A stretch of 64,000 nt of DNA. It comes from Chiloscyllium plagiosum. Its lineage: Eukaryota. The notes below the pieces were generated by a model, which saw only the letters and a program-made list of their open reading frames with translations, searched no databases and had not been told where the DNA came from. The DNA is taken from the NCBI RefSeq assembly GCF_004010195.1, contig NC_057721.1, positions 44,657,240 to 44,721,239 on the forward strand, written 5' to 3'. Positions 13,201 to 28,200 of this stretch are shown here, one piece after another (the first letter of the stretch is position 1; the number at the start of each line of letters is the position of its first letter). Position numbers and translations under genes: made by a program.

Positions 13201-16200
13201 TCCCCTACAGTATTCAAACTCTTTTCCTATGGGGGATGAAGGTGACTGAAAAGATAATTGCTTCCTTTTATCATGTTGAAATAAAATAGATGTGACACCA
13301 TATATTTCAACACCTTTTTTTTTGTTCTATTGTGTATTTGAAAGCTTAATTAAAAAGATTACCAAACATATTTTCATGAAGGCGATGATCTCTTAAATAA
13401 AGATTAGATTGATTCAGCCTTTTGACTTATAATACTCCACTGAAGTGTGATCTTTATTCAAATGTTAATTTTGAAGAGCTTTTTAAGAAGTAGAACATCC
13501 ACCAATGAATAAAACATTGAGAAAACTGCACTTATCTTGATCCCATAAAGATGCTTTAATCCAGCACCACAAAATCCAGCTTGTTGTTTTCCCTTACAAG
13601 ATAAAAGCTCTTGCTGTAGTAATTAATCAATTGCAGTAGAAGTTTTGTGAACATGTTGCACTATCCGCCAAAACAATTTTACCTGTGGTGCCTGAAAAAT
13701 GCAATTCACCAATTATAGTTCCTATTTGTAGCAGTTGCTGACGTAGAATGTTTCATTCATTAATAATTAATTAAACATTCATTCATTCATCAATAAACTT
13801 AAAAATGCTGCTATCTAGGTTTAATGTTTTTAGAATCTATTGTGTGAGCCATACTATTTGCTCCACCACTACTTCCTTTTTTGTGATATTGAGCGATATG
13901 TACTGCAGGTTGTAAACTTGCCTACTGAACTGGTAGATTTGTTCTCGGACGTTTTGTCACCATGCTAGGTAACATCATCAGTGAGCCTGAGGTGAAGCGC
14001 TGGTGTTCTGTCCTGCTTTCTATTTGTGTGTCTTGGTCTGTTGTGGTGGGTGATATCATTTCCAGTTCTTTTTCCCATCGGTTGGTAAATGGGGTCCAAA
14101 TCAATGTGTTTATTGATGAAGTTCTGGTTTGAATGTCAGGCTTCTAGGAATTCCCATGATTGTCTTTGTTTAGCCTGTCCTCGGATGGATGTGTTGTCCC
14201 AGTGGAAGTGTCGATGAAGGACACCACTTCAACTAGGACAACACGTCCATCCAAGGACAGGCTTAACAGAGACATGCACGGGAATTCCTAGAACACCATC
14301 TCTTCACCGGAGGCTCACTGATGATGTTATCTAGCATGGTGACGATGTCCGAGAACAAATGTACTAGCTCAGTAAGCAAACTTTACAACCTGAACCTCAA
14401 CCTGAGCTATAAATCTTCTCAGATATCACATTGTGTACTGCATTGCACTTATTCTAGTGGTATTTACCTCCAAGGATACATGACTGATTTTAGCTACTTC
14501 ATTTAAACTTCCTAAATTCAAGTTAGCTCAATTCCATGTCAGATTGCATTTGAAATACTATTGCAGACACCTTTTCCTGTAGGGCTTACTGGGTTTTGTG
14601 TACACCATGGCACATGGGCAGAAGGCATGTGCAACAAATCTGAGAAGCAGCCCTATGGTATGCAGCCATCTCTCTACCATTAGAAAGTGCTTCATTGTGA
14701 CAGGAAACAGTATCAAGGATTAGTAGACCTGTTTCATTGCTCATTCTAACTGATTCTGTTTCAACCTGAAAGCCAGGATGTGAACCATAAACTGATTTTT
14801 CTATAAGTGTTGATTACGGTGATATTGAAATATTCCTTGTGAAGAAAAGTGTTGAATTCCATTTAACAAACTGTTGCTAGACTCCCCTTTTGAATAAGTC
14901 TTGGATCATTACTACTGATTTTAAAAGCATATTTTACATTTGCTAACTTTTTAGTAGAAATGGAAATAACCGCACATATGTATACTTGTATGCTGGTTAA
15001 TTATTTGTGTTTATTTTAAATTCATACAAAAGGTGAATATGTTCAAACAAATTACATTACAGCTATTAGCTGTGATATATTTTCAGTTGCCATGTTCTAT
15101 TAATTCCAGTGTTGTGACTATTATTGTAGTCCATTGAGAGACATTTTCTTTTTTATTCTCAATTACCTTCATCATTACTTATTCCACTAAGATTTCTGTT
15201 TTGCTTCATTGAACCTTTTTGTTATGACAGACAAAATATTTCATAATTTCTAGTTAACGTCATTTTCAACTGAATTCTCTTAAATAACATTTTTGAAACC
15301 GCTTTGTTAGTTCGGCTATTTTTCATAACCTTTCCTCTCCACAGATCAACCTTGCAGTCATACTTGAAGAGACATGAAGGCAAGGATGACAAAGCTAATT
15401 CATCACCAGATACTGATAACCACTTCAGCAGAGGTAAAATAAAAAATCAAGATGCCCGGTCAAGAAAGATAAATTCTGCATATACCAATAATCTGCAGCA
15501 AAAAAAGCACTCGGGAAATGCAAAGCAGTTAGGTCAGAAATGATTAACCCTATGAATGAAAATCGCCTTAACTTTTTCCTTTTGTCATAAACTCTAAACT
15601 TTTACAAGGCATTAGGCTTTAAAATATACCCTTAAAGTTCACAATGCAACAGAGCATTTTAGATAAGCACCTCATCTTGGAGTTTCGCCCGTGTGATCCA
15701 TTTGCCAATTAGATCTGGTGTCTCTGGTTTGAAATGGACATAATAATCCATCTTGAAAGATGTGTTTATAAATGTTTTGAGTGCAGTTACTGGATAATAT
15801 ATTTGACAACTTGCCAACTATTTTTAGCACCCATTAATGGAAGATGTTTAGGAAGCTTTATTATGATAAAGTCAAGTTAACTATCATGTTACCACTTCAA
15901 TCCCACTGAAAATCAGCCTCTTATTTTTGTCAGTTTTTTTTGTGATTTCAATCCTATCTATTTTCTGTTGTGGGTTCTAAGTATTGAAGTTTGGTATTTT
16001 GACCTGTGTTTTTCGGGATTTGAATTGAAATTAGTGTTCCATTCATTGAGCCCTTGCAGTTAGAAGACAAAGAAATGTTGCTGTGACAAATTCAAGCCCG
16101 TGTGCAAGAGGTGAAATTGATATAGTGAACAGTGCTGGAGAGAGACATATACTGAGCTCAAGTTTCTTTGGGCTTTGAGATTCCAGTGTCAGGAGAACTT

Positions 16201-19200
16201 GCATTTACTAATGGAGCAGCAAACAACATGATCTTCCTGTTGGCAGCCTCTTAATTGACTGCCAATTGATTCCTACTGAAGATGACGTGGGTTTTCTGCT
16301 GCCTGCAATATTCCAAGAACCAGCAGTTCTGAAATTGCAGCAAGCTCCACAGAGCTGGGTGCTGCTAAGGCAGTTTGATTATGCAAGAGAGGCCCTCAGT
16401 TTAAATGTAGAAGCTAATTTGATGAACCTCTCTTACTATCTCATCCCTTTTTTTTAACCTGATGTTCTTGGTGCAACAATGTCATCTTTTATTTTTAGTT
16501 ATTCAAACTCCAGATTTATTCTGTAATTCATTTCAATATCATTCATGGTTTACAAGTTTTTTTTGTCACTTGTGGAATTTGTTTTCTTTCATGGGATCTG
16601 TAAGAACAGCATTTGTTGCCTATTCTAATTTCTCTTGACTGAGTGATATCCTAGAATCCCTACGATGTGGAAGCAGGCCATTTAACCCATCTAATCCATG
16701 CCACTTTCCGACCAGCGTCCCACCCAGACCCACACCCCCCTACCCTATCCCTGCATTTCCCATGGCTATTCCACCTAACCTACACCATGCCTAGGTACTA
16801 AGGGCAATTTAGCATGGCCAGTACACCTGCACATCTTTGAACTGTGGGAGGAGACTGGAGCACCTGGATGAAACCCACACAGACACGGGGAGAATGTGCA
16901 AATTCCACACACAGCCCATTTCAAAGGGTAATTTAAGTCAATTACATTGGTATCGGTCTGGAGGCATATGTAGGTAGAGATGTCATGTTGGTGGGCCAGA
17001 TGGGTTTTTTCCAACGATCAGTGGTAGTTGAGATAATTACAGAGACTGCTTTTCAATTCCTTTAGTAAATGCCCTGGTAAAACTAAAGATTAACTTATAG
17101 TTAGTTTTGTGTTTTCATTTAGTAGCTCGTGAGTTTGGTATTGCATCTGTCAGTGGTGATCCTTCCTCTGTCCAGAAGAGTTCTCAAACATCAAGCACTG
17201 CACACATCTTATCCTTGCTTCTCAGACTTCGTCAGTGCTGCTGTCACCTCTCTCTGCTGAAGACGGTAAGAAGTAATTGCACAATACAAAAGTAGGTGCA
17301 AGTGAACAAATTCTCATCTTTTTAATATTATAGATATGCACAATTTCTGACATTAGAATACGGAAATAAATTGTTGCATTTTGCAAATTTATGACTGGAG
17401 TGCAAGCTGAAAATCCCTAAAAGTTTAGGCTTTCCTTTGTGGTACATGGAGAGCTCTACTGAAAGGTGTGAATATTATCAAATGCAGTAATTAAATCTTC
17501 CTTTATGTAACACAGTTCTGAGTACTACAAACACGTCTTCGTGGATGGCGAGTTGCAAAAAGCAGGCAACTGGGACTTTGGAAACCTGGACAGGTTGACG
17601 GAAGGGTCTGTTTCCATGTTGTATGACTCTATTAAAATAACTAAAAGCAGGGAATTAAAACTAATTATCTTTGGCCAGCACTCCAGTTTACCTTATACAT
17701 GATGAAGAAACAAAAACGCAAATTCAGATGCTGAAGTTAACTTGATTCGACTAGCTTGTGTCTTCCACATAAATCTGCAGCTGCTGAATTTATTTTGGCT
17801 ATGTTTCTATTTATTTTTAAATGGCTTTTGTCCTGACTTATAGGCTCTCAGTCAAAGTGAGATGGAATCTGAAGGCATCACCCTCTCACTGGAAGAGCAA
17901 CTCAATGCTTTATCATTATCAGAGGTCACGGCCTTTGACAACAAGCCAGCTGTTAGCCTGAATGGTACCAGCTTCAAAGCAAACCTGTTTGAGAATACCA
18001 GAAAGAGTACTAAGGTATATTCAGAGATAACTAAACACAAAGTCATAAAATTCATCTCAATGGACGTGCAATTTTTAGGAACGTTTTGCTGTGAACACTA
18101 GGAAAAGCAAAGCTATAAAGTTTTGATTCTGTGAAGTCCACATTGATGCCCTGGAGTTGAAGTGTTCCGAGGCAGAAGGTGAGGCGTTCAACCCCTGGGC
18201 ATCAATGTGGACTTCACCAGTTTCCTCATTTCCCCTTCCCCCACCTCACCCCAGCTCCAAACTTCCAGCTCGGCACTGTCCCCATGACTTGTCCTACCTG
18301 CCTATCTTCCTTTCCACCTATCCACTCCACCCTCCTCTCTCACCTGTCACCATCCCCACCCCCATTCACCCATTGTTCTCTCTGCTACCTTCCCCCACTC
18401 TCCTCCCTGACCTATCACCTTCATCCCCACTTCCATTCACCTATTGTACTCTATGCTACTTTCTCCCCACCCCCACCGTCCTCTTATTTATCTCTCCACC
18501 TTGCAGGCACTCTGCCTCTATTCCTGATGAAGGGCTTTTGCCCAAAACATCGATTTTTCCTGCTCCTTGGATGCTGCCTGAACTGCTGTGCTTTTCCAGC
18601 ACCACTCTAATCTAGAATCTGGTTTCCAGCATCTGCAGCCCTTTTTTTTTTACCTAGAGGATGATGGCAGTCTACTTGCCCATAGAGTCATAGAGATGTA
18701 CAGCACGGAAACAGACCCTTTGGTCCAACGTGTCTATACTAACCAGATATTCCAACCTAATCTAGCCTCATTTGCCAGCACTAGGCCCATATCCTTCTAA
18801 ACCTTTCCTATTCATATATCCATCCAGATGCCTCTCCACCACTTGCTCTAGCAGCTCATTCCATACTCACACTAACCTCTGTGAAAAGGTTACCCCTTAG
18901 ATCCCTTTTATATCTCTACCCCCTCACTCGAAATCTATGCCCTCAAGTTCTGGACACCCCCGACCCCAGGGAAAAGTCAGGCCCCTCATGATTTTACAAA
19001 CCTCCTATAAGGTCACCCCTCAGCCTCCGACGCTTCAGGGAAAACAGCCCCAGCCTGTTCAGCCTCTCCCTATAGTTCAAATCCTCCAACCCTGGCAACA
19101 TCCTTGTCAATCTTTCCTGAACCCGTTCAAGTTTCACAACATGCTTCTGATAGTAAGGAGACCAGAATTGCTCACATCCAGTTCGGTGTCTTTCAGAATG

Positions 19201-22200
19201 AAATGCCTGACTGGGTAATTCATTTTTGATCATACCAGTATAGGATGATTAATTGGGTATTATTGGAATCTGTCTTCTCTTTGAATAGTTTGAGTCCTTG
19301 AATCCATGCGACATTGGGTAGGCTCCTCAGAAGACTCGACTGTTTTTAACGGAAACATCATTACATTTCCTATGTATCATAAATCACTCTAAATTGATTA
19401 CTAATGGCAAAAATAATGAAAGTTTAAATACTATTGCAACATATTATAGAAGTATAATTGCTCAACATGTAAATATGCATTGCCTTTATAGAAACCAGAC
19501 ATTCTATCACGTTGAAACAAAAATGGACCTAGAACCAGAAGAGATTCAGATAACGTGAAATAAATTTTGGTGAAAAGCAGGGTTATATGTAAGGGCCTGT
19601 AAATGGATAAACAGAAACCCTCAGTGCATGGCTTGAGGCAGTTGAACAAATCCCTTTTCCTTCAGCCTACAAGAGCTTGCAGTCAGGAATGCTGAAGAAT
19701 GTTGCACAGAGAGGAGTACAAGGTCTTGGTGGGGTTTAAATCCAGAGTTTGGAAGTAAGTGTTGAATGATATGGGGACCATGTAGAGGGTCTTGTGTGAT
19801 CCAGAATTTCACGTAGGACAGGGTACAAGCATTGGAGTTTAGAAAGAGCTGAAGTTCTGAAAGCTGCTCAGGAAAGTGGCAGATAATTGAGTGTATAAGT
19901 GGTAGGAGCCTGAATGAGGGATTAAACAAAAAGTGAGCTGTGTTTTGGATGGAATGGATACTGTTAGAGATGAAATCAGTGATCTTTATGGTGGAGGAAA
20001 GACAGGTTATCAAGTCAGCTAGAGGTTAAAACTCTTTCTGCATAAGCTATTGTCTGGCTCAGCCTGACATTGCCTTCAGGCAAAGGAAGAAAGTCCACAT
20101 AAAAGTTATGGAGTTAGTGACAGATACCAGTGTGTTGTCACAGGAAATTTTGGTTTATCTAAGAGTGAATGCAGAGGGCAAGCTGAGCAGGTGGGGACAT
20201 TAGGATGCGATGGGTGAGGTAGAGCAAACATGTGGAAGATGATTGTCAACAGTTGATGATCTCCAGAAACATGTACATGAGGAAAGAAAAGGGTGTTGAA
20301 GGTATCTTGTGGACATCAGGAAGTAACTATGCAGAGGAAAGGCAGACTATTTGCAAGAATTGCTCTAGGTCAACACTCAGTAAGGAGCAATTTACTATGC
20401 AATAGATATAAACTGAAAGGTAAAATCTTAATGGATGTGTGTTTAGTGGGCTGCAATCACTTATAAACTAAGGAATCAGTAACTTGGTAACTTAAAGTTG
20501 CCAGCTATGGACCACAGATATATTGACTGAATACAAACACAGACGAGTTAAAATCAAGAGGAGGCTATTTGACCCCTCAAGCCTGCTCTGTGACTGAATA
20601 ATATCATGTCTGATGTGTATATTCAAAATTCCACATGCCCACCTATCCGTGATAACCTCTGATTCCCTGCCTCACAGGAATCTCTCTGAAAGTACTCACT
20701 AACTTCACCTTCACCATCCTGGGAGGTGGAGTATTCATGAAAAAACTTTCCCCATCCAAAAGGGTACATGCGATAGTTTTGGCAAATAGGGTTCAAGAGA
20801 ATCCAAAGTGATTTTATAAATATATTAAGAACAAAAGGGTAACTAGAGAGAGAATTGGGCCCCTCAAAGATCAGCAAGGCAGCCTATGTGTGGAACCAAA
20901 GGAGATTGAAGCGATACTAAATAAGTGTTTTGCATCAGTGTTCACTGTGAAGAAGGACATGGAAGATATAACATGTAGGGAAATAGATGGTGACATCTTG
21001 AAAGATTTAGAGGTGGAGCTACTGGATGTCTTAAAACTTATAAGTGGATAAATTTCCAGGACCTGATCAGGTGTACCCTAGAACTCTGTGGCAAGCCAGG
21101 GAAGTGATTGCTGGGTCCTTTGCTGAAATATTTGTGTTATCAATCGTCAGGTGAGGTGCTGAAAAACTGGAGGTGGGCTAATGTGGTGCCACTATTTAAG
21201 AAAGGTGGTAAGGAAAACCCAGGAAACTATAGACCAGTGAGCCTGAAGTCAGTGGTGGGCAAGTTGTTGGAGGGAACCCTGAGGGACAGGATGTACAAGT
21301 ATTTGGAAAGGCAAGGACTGATTAGGGATATTCAACATGGCTTTGTGTGTGGGAAATCATGTTTCATTAACTTGATTGAGTTTTTTTAAAGAAGTAACGA
21401 AGAGGATTGATGAGGGCGGAGCTGTGGACATGATCGGTATGGATTTCAGTAAGGCATTCGAAAAGGTTTCTCAGAGTAGATTGGTTAACAAGGTTAGATA
21501 TGGAATACAGGGAGAACTAGCCATTTTGATATAGAAGTGGCTCAAAGGTAGAAGACAGGATGGCGGTGTAGGATTTGCTTTTCAGATTAGAGGCCTATGC
21601 CACAAGGATCAGTGCTAGGTCCACGACTACTTGTCATTTATATAAATGACTTGGATGTGAACGTTAGGAGAATTGCAGATGACACCAAAATTGGGAGGTG
21701 CAGTGGACAGCAAAGAAGGTTACCCCTGATTTTAACGAGATCTTGATCAGATGGGCCAATGGGCTGAGTGGCAGATGGAGTTTAATTTAGATAAATGTGA
21801 GGTGCTGCAGTTTGGAAAGGCAAATCGGGGCAGGACTTTATACACTTAATGGTAAGATCCTGGGGAGTGTTGCTGAACAAAGAGACCTTGGAATGCAAGT
21901 TCATATTTCCTTGAAAGTGGAGTCGTAGGTAGATAGGATAGTGAAGAAGGTATTGGGTATGTTTTCCTTTATTGGTCAGAGTATTGAGTACAGGAGTTGG
22001 GAGGTCATGTTGTGACAGTACGGACCTTGGTTAAGCCAGTTTTTGAATATTGTGTGCAAATCACCCTCCTATGGGAAGGATGTTGTGAAACTTGAAAAGA
22101 TTCAGAAAAGATTTGTAAGGATGTTGCCAGGGTTGAAGTGTTTTGAGCTATAGGGAAAGGCTGAATAGGCTAGAGCTGTTTTCCCTGAAGCATTGAAGAC

Positions 22201-25200
22201 TGGGGGATGACCTCGTTTAAGAGGTTTATAAAAACATGAGGGGCATGATAGGATCAATAGACAAGGTATTTTCTGTGGGGTTAGGGGAGTCTAGAATTAG
22301 AGCGCACAGGTTTATGGTGAGAGGGGAAAAATTTTAAAGGGACCTAAGGGGTAACTTTTTAATGCAGAGGATGATGCCTGTATAGAATGAGCTGCCAGAG
22401 GAAGTGGTGGAGGCTGGTACAATTACAGCATTTTAACAGCATCTGCATGGGTATATGAATAGGAAGGGTTTAGAGGGATATGGGACTAGATTAAGTTAGG
22501 ATATCTAGTTGGCATGGTCAAGTTGGACTGTGGGGTCTGTTTCCGTGATGTGCATCTCTATGACTCTATCTCACCCTAATTTTTAAATAATGACTTCCCA
22601 ACCCAGCTAAACATTCTCTCCACCTCCACCTTTTATCAAGACCATTCAGGTTCTTTTAAATTACTATCAACTCGAGCCTTTTTTTTCTGAGCTCTCATGA
22701 ACATAAGCCCAGCCTGTATCAATCTGGTAAATCTCGTCTGAATCACATTCGATGTTCCTTCATCCTTCCTTTTTGCAGAAGGAAACCAAAACTGTAAACT
22801 GTATTCTAAATGTCTTCTCACCAGTATACCTGAAGTTAAACATACTTCTTTTATGTTCAATTCTTCTTTCAATATTCTCACATTGGCTTTCCTGATAAAT
22901 GCAGTATCTGCATAATAACTTATTGTGTCTCAACATGAATGAATGTTTAACAACTGTTTTCTCCTTTGATTTTGCTGGCAGATTTTTGCACTCCTGGAGG
23001 AATTAAAAGCAATAAAAAGCAACCAAGATCCACAAAAATGGTATGACTCTAAAAGGGATCAATCTTTCAACAAATTATTTATATATGAGGAGATATTTTC
23101 TGTGTGGTGAATATAGGCTGTGCATGTTTTGCATTTTTCTCTGCAGTACTATATATGGTTATAACAATGTTATTGAACACCCAGTATCTGAAAGTGAACA
23201 CCAAATTGTATTAGTGCCCAGCAGACTTTCAGTGCTATAAAATGCAGGATCACCTCATTTGAATAACTACTGGTAGTTCATGTGTAATATCACTGTCACT
23301 GCTGAACATTTTATTAAAATCAAAGTATAATTTTAAAAAGCCATGCCTGGCTAAAGATTGTAAGTGCAAGCTAAGAAGAAGGGTAAGGCTAAGGTAAATG
23401 GGAAAGTAAGACCATAGGAAATAGGAACAGAATAGGATTTCAGATCCTCAAGCCTGCTCCCTTGGTCAATCCTTGGTTTGCACCACTCTCCCCACCAAAC
23501 CACCCCACCCCCCCACTTTCAAAACTTGCAACATTAAAAGATGTAAAACCTACCAGTACACCAATCCCTGACCTCATCCAGGGCTCAAAACAGCCCTTCC
23601 AAGTGAGACAGAAGTTCACCTGCGCCGCCTCCTACTAGGTTTACGTTATCTGGTAGTCCAAATGTGGTCTTTTCTACATCGGGGAGACCAAAAGTAAACT
23701 AAGGGCACTTTTCTCTGAGCATCTCAGCCGGGCCCGCAGGGGCTGACCTGCATTCCCAATCAACGCCCATTTTAATTCCCCTTCTCACTCCCTTTCTGAA
23801 ATGACCAACCTCTGCCTCCTCCATTGCCACAGTGAATCACCTGCAAATTGGAGGAACAGCACCTCATCTTCAACCTGGGCACCACACAGCCCAAGAACTC
23901 AACATTGAGTTTTCCAATTTCTAATAACTCCCCTTCCATCCCCTGGTTCCCTTTCCAGTCCCTCCCCCTCTTTTCCATTCCTCTTACCGACCCTACCTCC
24001 CAGCTACCAACCAGATTCACTCCTCACATTGAGGTTGTACCCTCTATCTGTGTTCATCTCTCCCTATCTCACCACTCTGCCCCTCCCCCAGCCCTCCCAT
24101 TTTATCTGCAGCTCCCCTTGCACTCACCCCCAATTCTGTAGAAGGGTTGCACCTGAAATGTTGATTTCTCCACCGTCTGATGATGCCTGGTAGGAAGCAT
24201 CAAGGGTATTGACATCTTCACGGAGCCTGTCACAGTGCTGCTAAAGATGTACTATACTTTAGTTGGGAGATGCTGATTTTTGATGGTGACAGCAGAAAGG
24301 GAACAGAAGAATGGCAAAGGAGTTGATCCTCCACGACCAAAGGAAATATTTATCATAGTAGAAGGAATGAACCAACTCTGGCCTCTAGCAAAAATTCGGA
24401 ACAGTGTGCTGAGAAATCTGGCTGTCTGATGAGGACAAGCTTAATAATGCTCGAGCTGCTCACTTCTCATGGTTGGTTATCAATACACTGTTTAGCCACC
24501 ACCATCTTCAGTTTGCTCAAGTTTGCAATATACAGTGATACCAACAGTGGGTTCAATTCCTGTACTGGCTTAGGTTACCATGAAGGACTCTCCTTCTCAA
24601 CCTGTCCCTTCAGCTGAGGTGCAGTGACCCTCAAGTTAAACGACCATCAGTCATGTCTCTCTAATGAAAGAGCTGCCCTATGTTCTGGTCTGGTAAGACT
24701 ATGAGAAAGTGAAGGCTGCAGATGCTGAAGATCAGAGTCGAGAGTGTGGTGCTGGAAAAGCACAGCAGGTCAGGCAGCATCTGAGGAGCAGGAGAATCAA
24801 CATTTCGGGCATAAGCCCTTCATCCTCGGATGCTCCCTGGCCTGCTGTGCTTTTCCAGCACAACACTCTACTCTGGTAAGATTATAGCGACGTTATCTTT
24901 TACATCAATCTGCCTCTTTAAACCTATTCGTACAATGCATAGTTGAACATGTTTCCTGAGGATCTAATACAGCCATGATGATTGGGATGAATAATAGGAA
25001 GGGAAAATCACCTTGTGAACAAATGAGGGTGAAGATGTTGAGGGTCAGTAATTTATAAGGAGCCAAGCCAAGTAAAATGCATTGGTCTTGCAGATATCAG
25101 AGTTACAGATTTTCTCTTTTACTGCCTGAAATGACTGGCTGCCACTTTTAAGTATTAACTTCAAAGTCACAAACAGTTGGCAGCATTTGTGACGTGCATC

Positions 25201-28200
25201 TTTCAGGACCCTACACAGGATGGAGAGGTCCTGTCATTTTGCTGGCTGTCATTCTCAAACTGGCACTGGGACCCTGGGCTCCACCTAGTGTCAGGCACTG
25301 GTTAGTGCAGATAGTTCTGCACTGCTACCAGCACCAGAATCAAAATGTAGCGCTAGAAAAGCACAGTAGGTCAGGCAGCACCCGATGAGCAGGAGAGTCG
25401 TCGTTTCAGGCATAAACTCTTCATCGAGAAAATGGAGGGGGAAAGGGGTTGGTGGGATATTAGGTGAGAGGGTAATGGAGGATGCAAGGGGGAGTTATGA
25501 TTGGGTGGAGCAGAGAGGTGCGGAGGAGGATGGACAGGTCAAGAGGGTAGTGCCAAGTTGGAGGGTTGAATATGGTTGAATTTTACATATAATTTGAGAG
25601 GGAGAAGAGTGAGTCCAAGACTACAATTTTGAATTGAACAAGGCCAATTATGAAGGCATGAAAGCAGAACCAGTGATTGTGAACTGGCAGTTTAAGATAA
25701 GGGATAAGTCAATAGAGATGTAGTGGCAAAGATTTAAGAAAGCAGAGATTGAATATATTCCAACAAATGAGCAAGATAAACCAACTGCCCGTAAGAGCCT
25801 AGTCAGTTAAAGCTTCCATCAGGTGAGTCTAACCATAGGGCATTTATTTACAAAGATTATTTTATTTGCAGATGTTAACCAGTTTAAGTTAATGTTTTAA
25901 ATTAATTTGCTAAGAAATGTCAATGATTTAGCAGCAGCTTGCTGCTGTCACATCCATGTATTTTACCACATTCCTGACCTTCATATTGTAAATGAGTTAT
26001 GAAGGTGTATTAGATATTGCATTTACTTATGTAATGCAAAGATAATTGTTTGACTGTAAAATGCTTCAATACGTCCTGAACATATAAAGGGTTCCATATA
26101 ACTATTATTTCCTCAATCATATTAACTCACAAGCATTTTCTCCTTCTATCAATATGATTATGTTGAAGTCGGTATCTGAATTAGACCCCTATGTATGTAA
26201 CTTATAACTTTGTGTTCTCTTTTTTTTCAATTTTCCTATTTCAATTGTTCGTTAAATACATAAGAGATACTGAAGCTTCAATAGTAGTTTTGTTCTATGT
26301 AACGATACTATTTGTCCATCTCTGTCAGTGTAATAATTTCTCAATGGACCAGCATGTTGAAAGTGGTAGCAGGCCACTTGGATCAAATCAGGCTGAGCTA
26401 CATCACACTTGATGGCAGTGTGACTCCTAAACTTCGTATGGATTTGGTGGATGAATTTAACACTAACCCTAAAGGACCTCAGGTACCATCTAGTTCTTGT
26501 TTTGAATTTTCTTCTCAACACGTATCCAGAGTACTAATAGGGTGATAACTTACAGTTGTTGACTTCCCTCTGGTACTGAACACATTTGAGAACTAGACTG
26601 GGTTTAATTTTGATACGTGTACCTTCCATATCTTTATCCCCGGCAAATAATTTGCAATATAACAATCTAACTTCATGTCAAGAATGATTGATTGCTTACA
26701 TGAAGTACAAGAATGTAATTGTTACCATAGGACATACCCAAAGTGAAATGAAAGGAAGGTTGGATAGTAGAAAATATTTACCTTTTGGATAGTGCTTTAT
26801 ATATTAGAAAGTTAAATAATGGGTTCTAATAATTATCGAAAATATAGTCAGTTGCTTGGTAGCACAGTGAGCGTTAGAAAAGAACTAGGCCAGAGCAGGT
26901 ATACAAACACAGCAGACAAAGTGAGACTTCAGTGGTCAGGCAGCTGCCACCAGGAGCCTGCATCCGGTATGGAAATTCAAGGTGTGAAAGCATAGCAATG
27001 GTTAGGTGATTGCCTGCTTAGTATTTCTTATTTCATCTAAATGAGGAATATTCAATTGGGACATGTGGAGCATTAATTAACCTCCTGAGGTGGTGACACA
27101 GTGGCAATGTCAATGCACTAGTATTTCAACGATTGATGCTCTGGGAACGTGGCTTCAAATCTCATCATGGCAGATGGTGAGATTTGAATTCATTAAAAAT
27201 CTGAAATTACAGAATAGTCTAATCATGACGTGTAACCATTGTTGTAAAATCCCATCTGACTCACCAATGCCCTTTATGGAAGAAAATCTGTTATCCTTAC
27301 TTGGCCTGGATTATGTGTGACTCCAAACGCACAGTAATGTGGCTGACTCTTACCACTGTTTGAAATGCCATAGCAAGCCAGTCAATGGATAATTAGGGAT
27401 GGGCAATAAATGCTGGCCCAACCAGCAATCCCCATGTCCCACAAACAAATAAAAACCAGTTTATTTTTAATGAATACCAGTACAGACATGAGTAGAGGCG
27501 TTCATTAAAATTTAACTGGTAAAATATTAATTTAAAGCGTCATAAATATGGCTGGGCAAGTAATATGTTGCTGTTTCAGAATGTGGGTGTTCATGCATTA
27601 TACGCCCAAGATGAGCAGTTTATCGGTTTTATTTCAACTTTTCATATCCCTAAACCCCACCCCACCAATTAGCTGTTCACTTGTATCCTGGCATTCCTAG
27701 CCTCTGGGACAGTGACTATTCTGATCAGATAGTTGTTCATTGTGTATGTATCAATTCAGAAAAGGGCCAAATGCTGCACTTTCAAACCTGAAAACTTTGT
27801 CTACCTCAAATTATCCATGAAAGACAAAGTATCTCAAAAAATATAAAAAGGTGAAGCAAGCTGTTTAAGGCTGTTTCTATGCAACAATTGCACAATTTTC
27901 ACTAACAGAATATCACTGTCAGTTCAAAAAGATGTTCCACCTACTTCATAATGACAAAGTCTATGAATTTCGGGTAGTGTCAGGTATGTACATTGTACAT
28001 CCCAGTGTTCAACATTAAATAATGTACTTCTTCACTTGTTCATAATAGGCAGTGTTAACACTGTACTCTGCAAGATCACACTTGCTAAACCTAAAACAAA
28101 GCACACATTGTTAGTTTCTGCAAATTGGCAGAGCTTGTTGAACAAACCTAAATAGACTGATAGCTGCTAATCTTAAACACCAGTTTATGACAATCATTCC

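Noticed and set aside
18157-18615. 152/143-aa Pro-rich ORFs (also the 239-aa ORF at 52574-53293)
   Set aside because: Stop-poor C-rich Penelope 3' sequence, not host genes.
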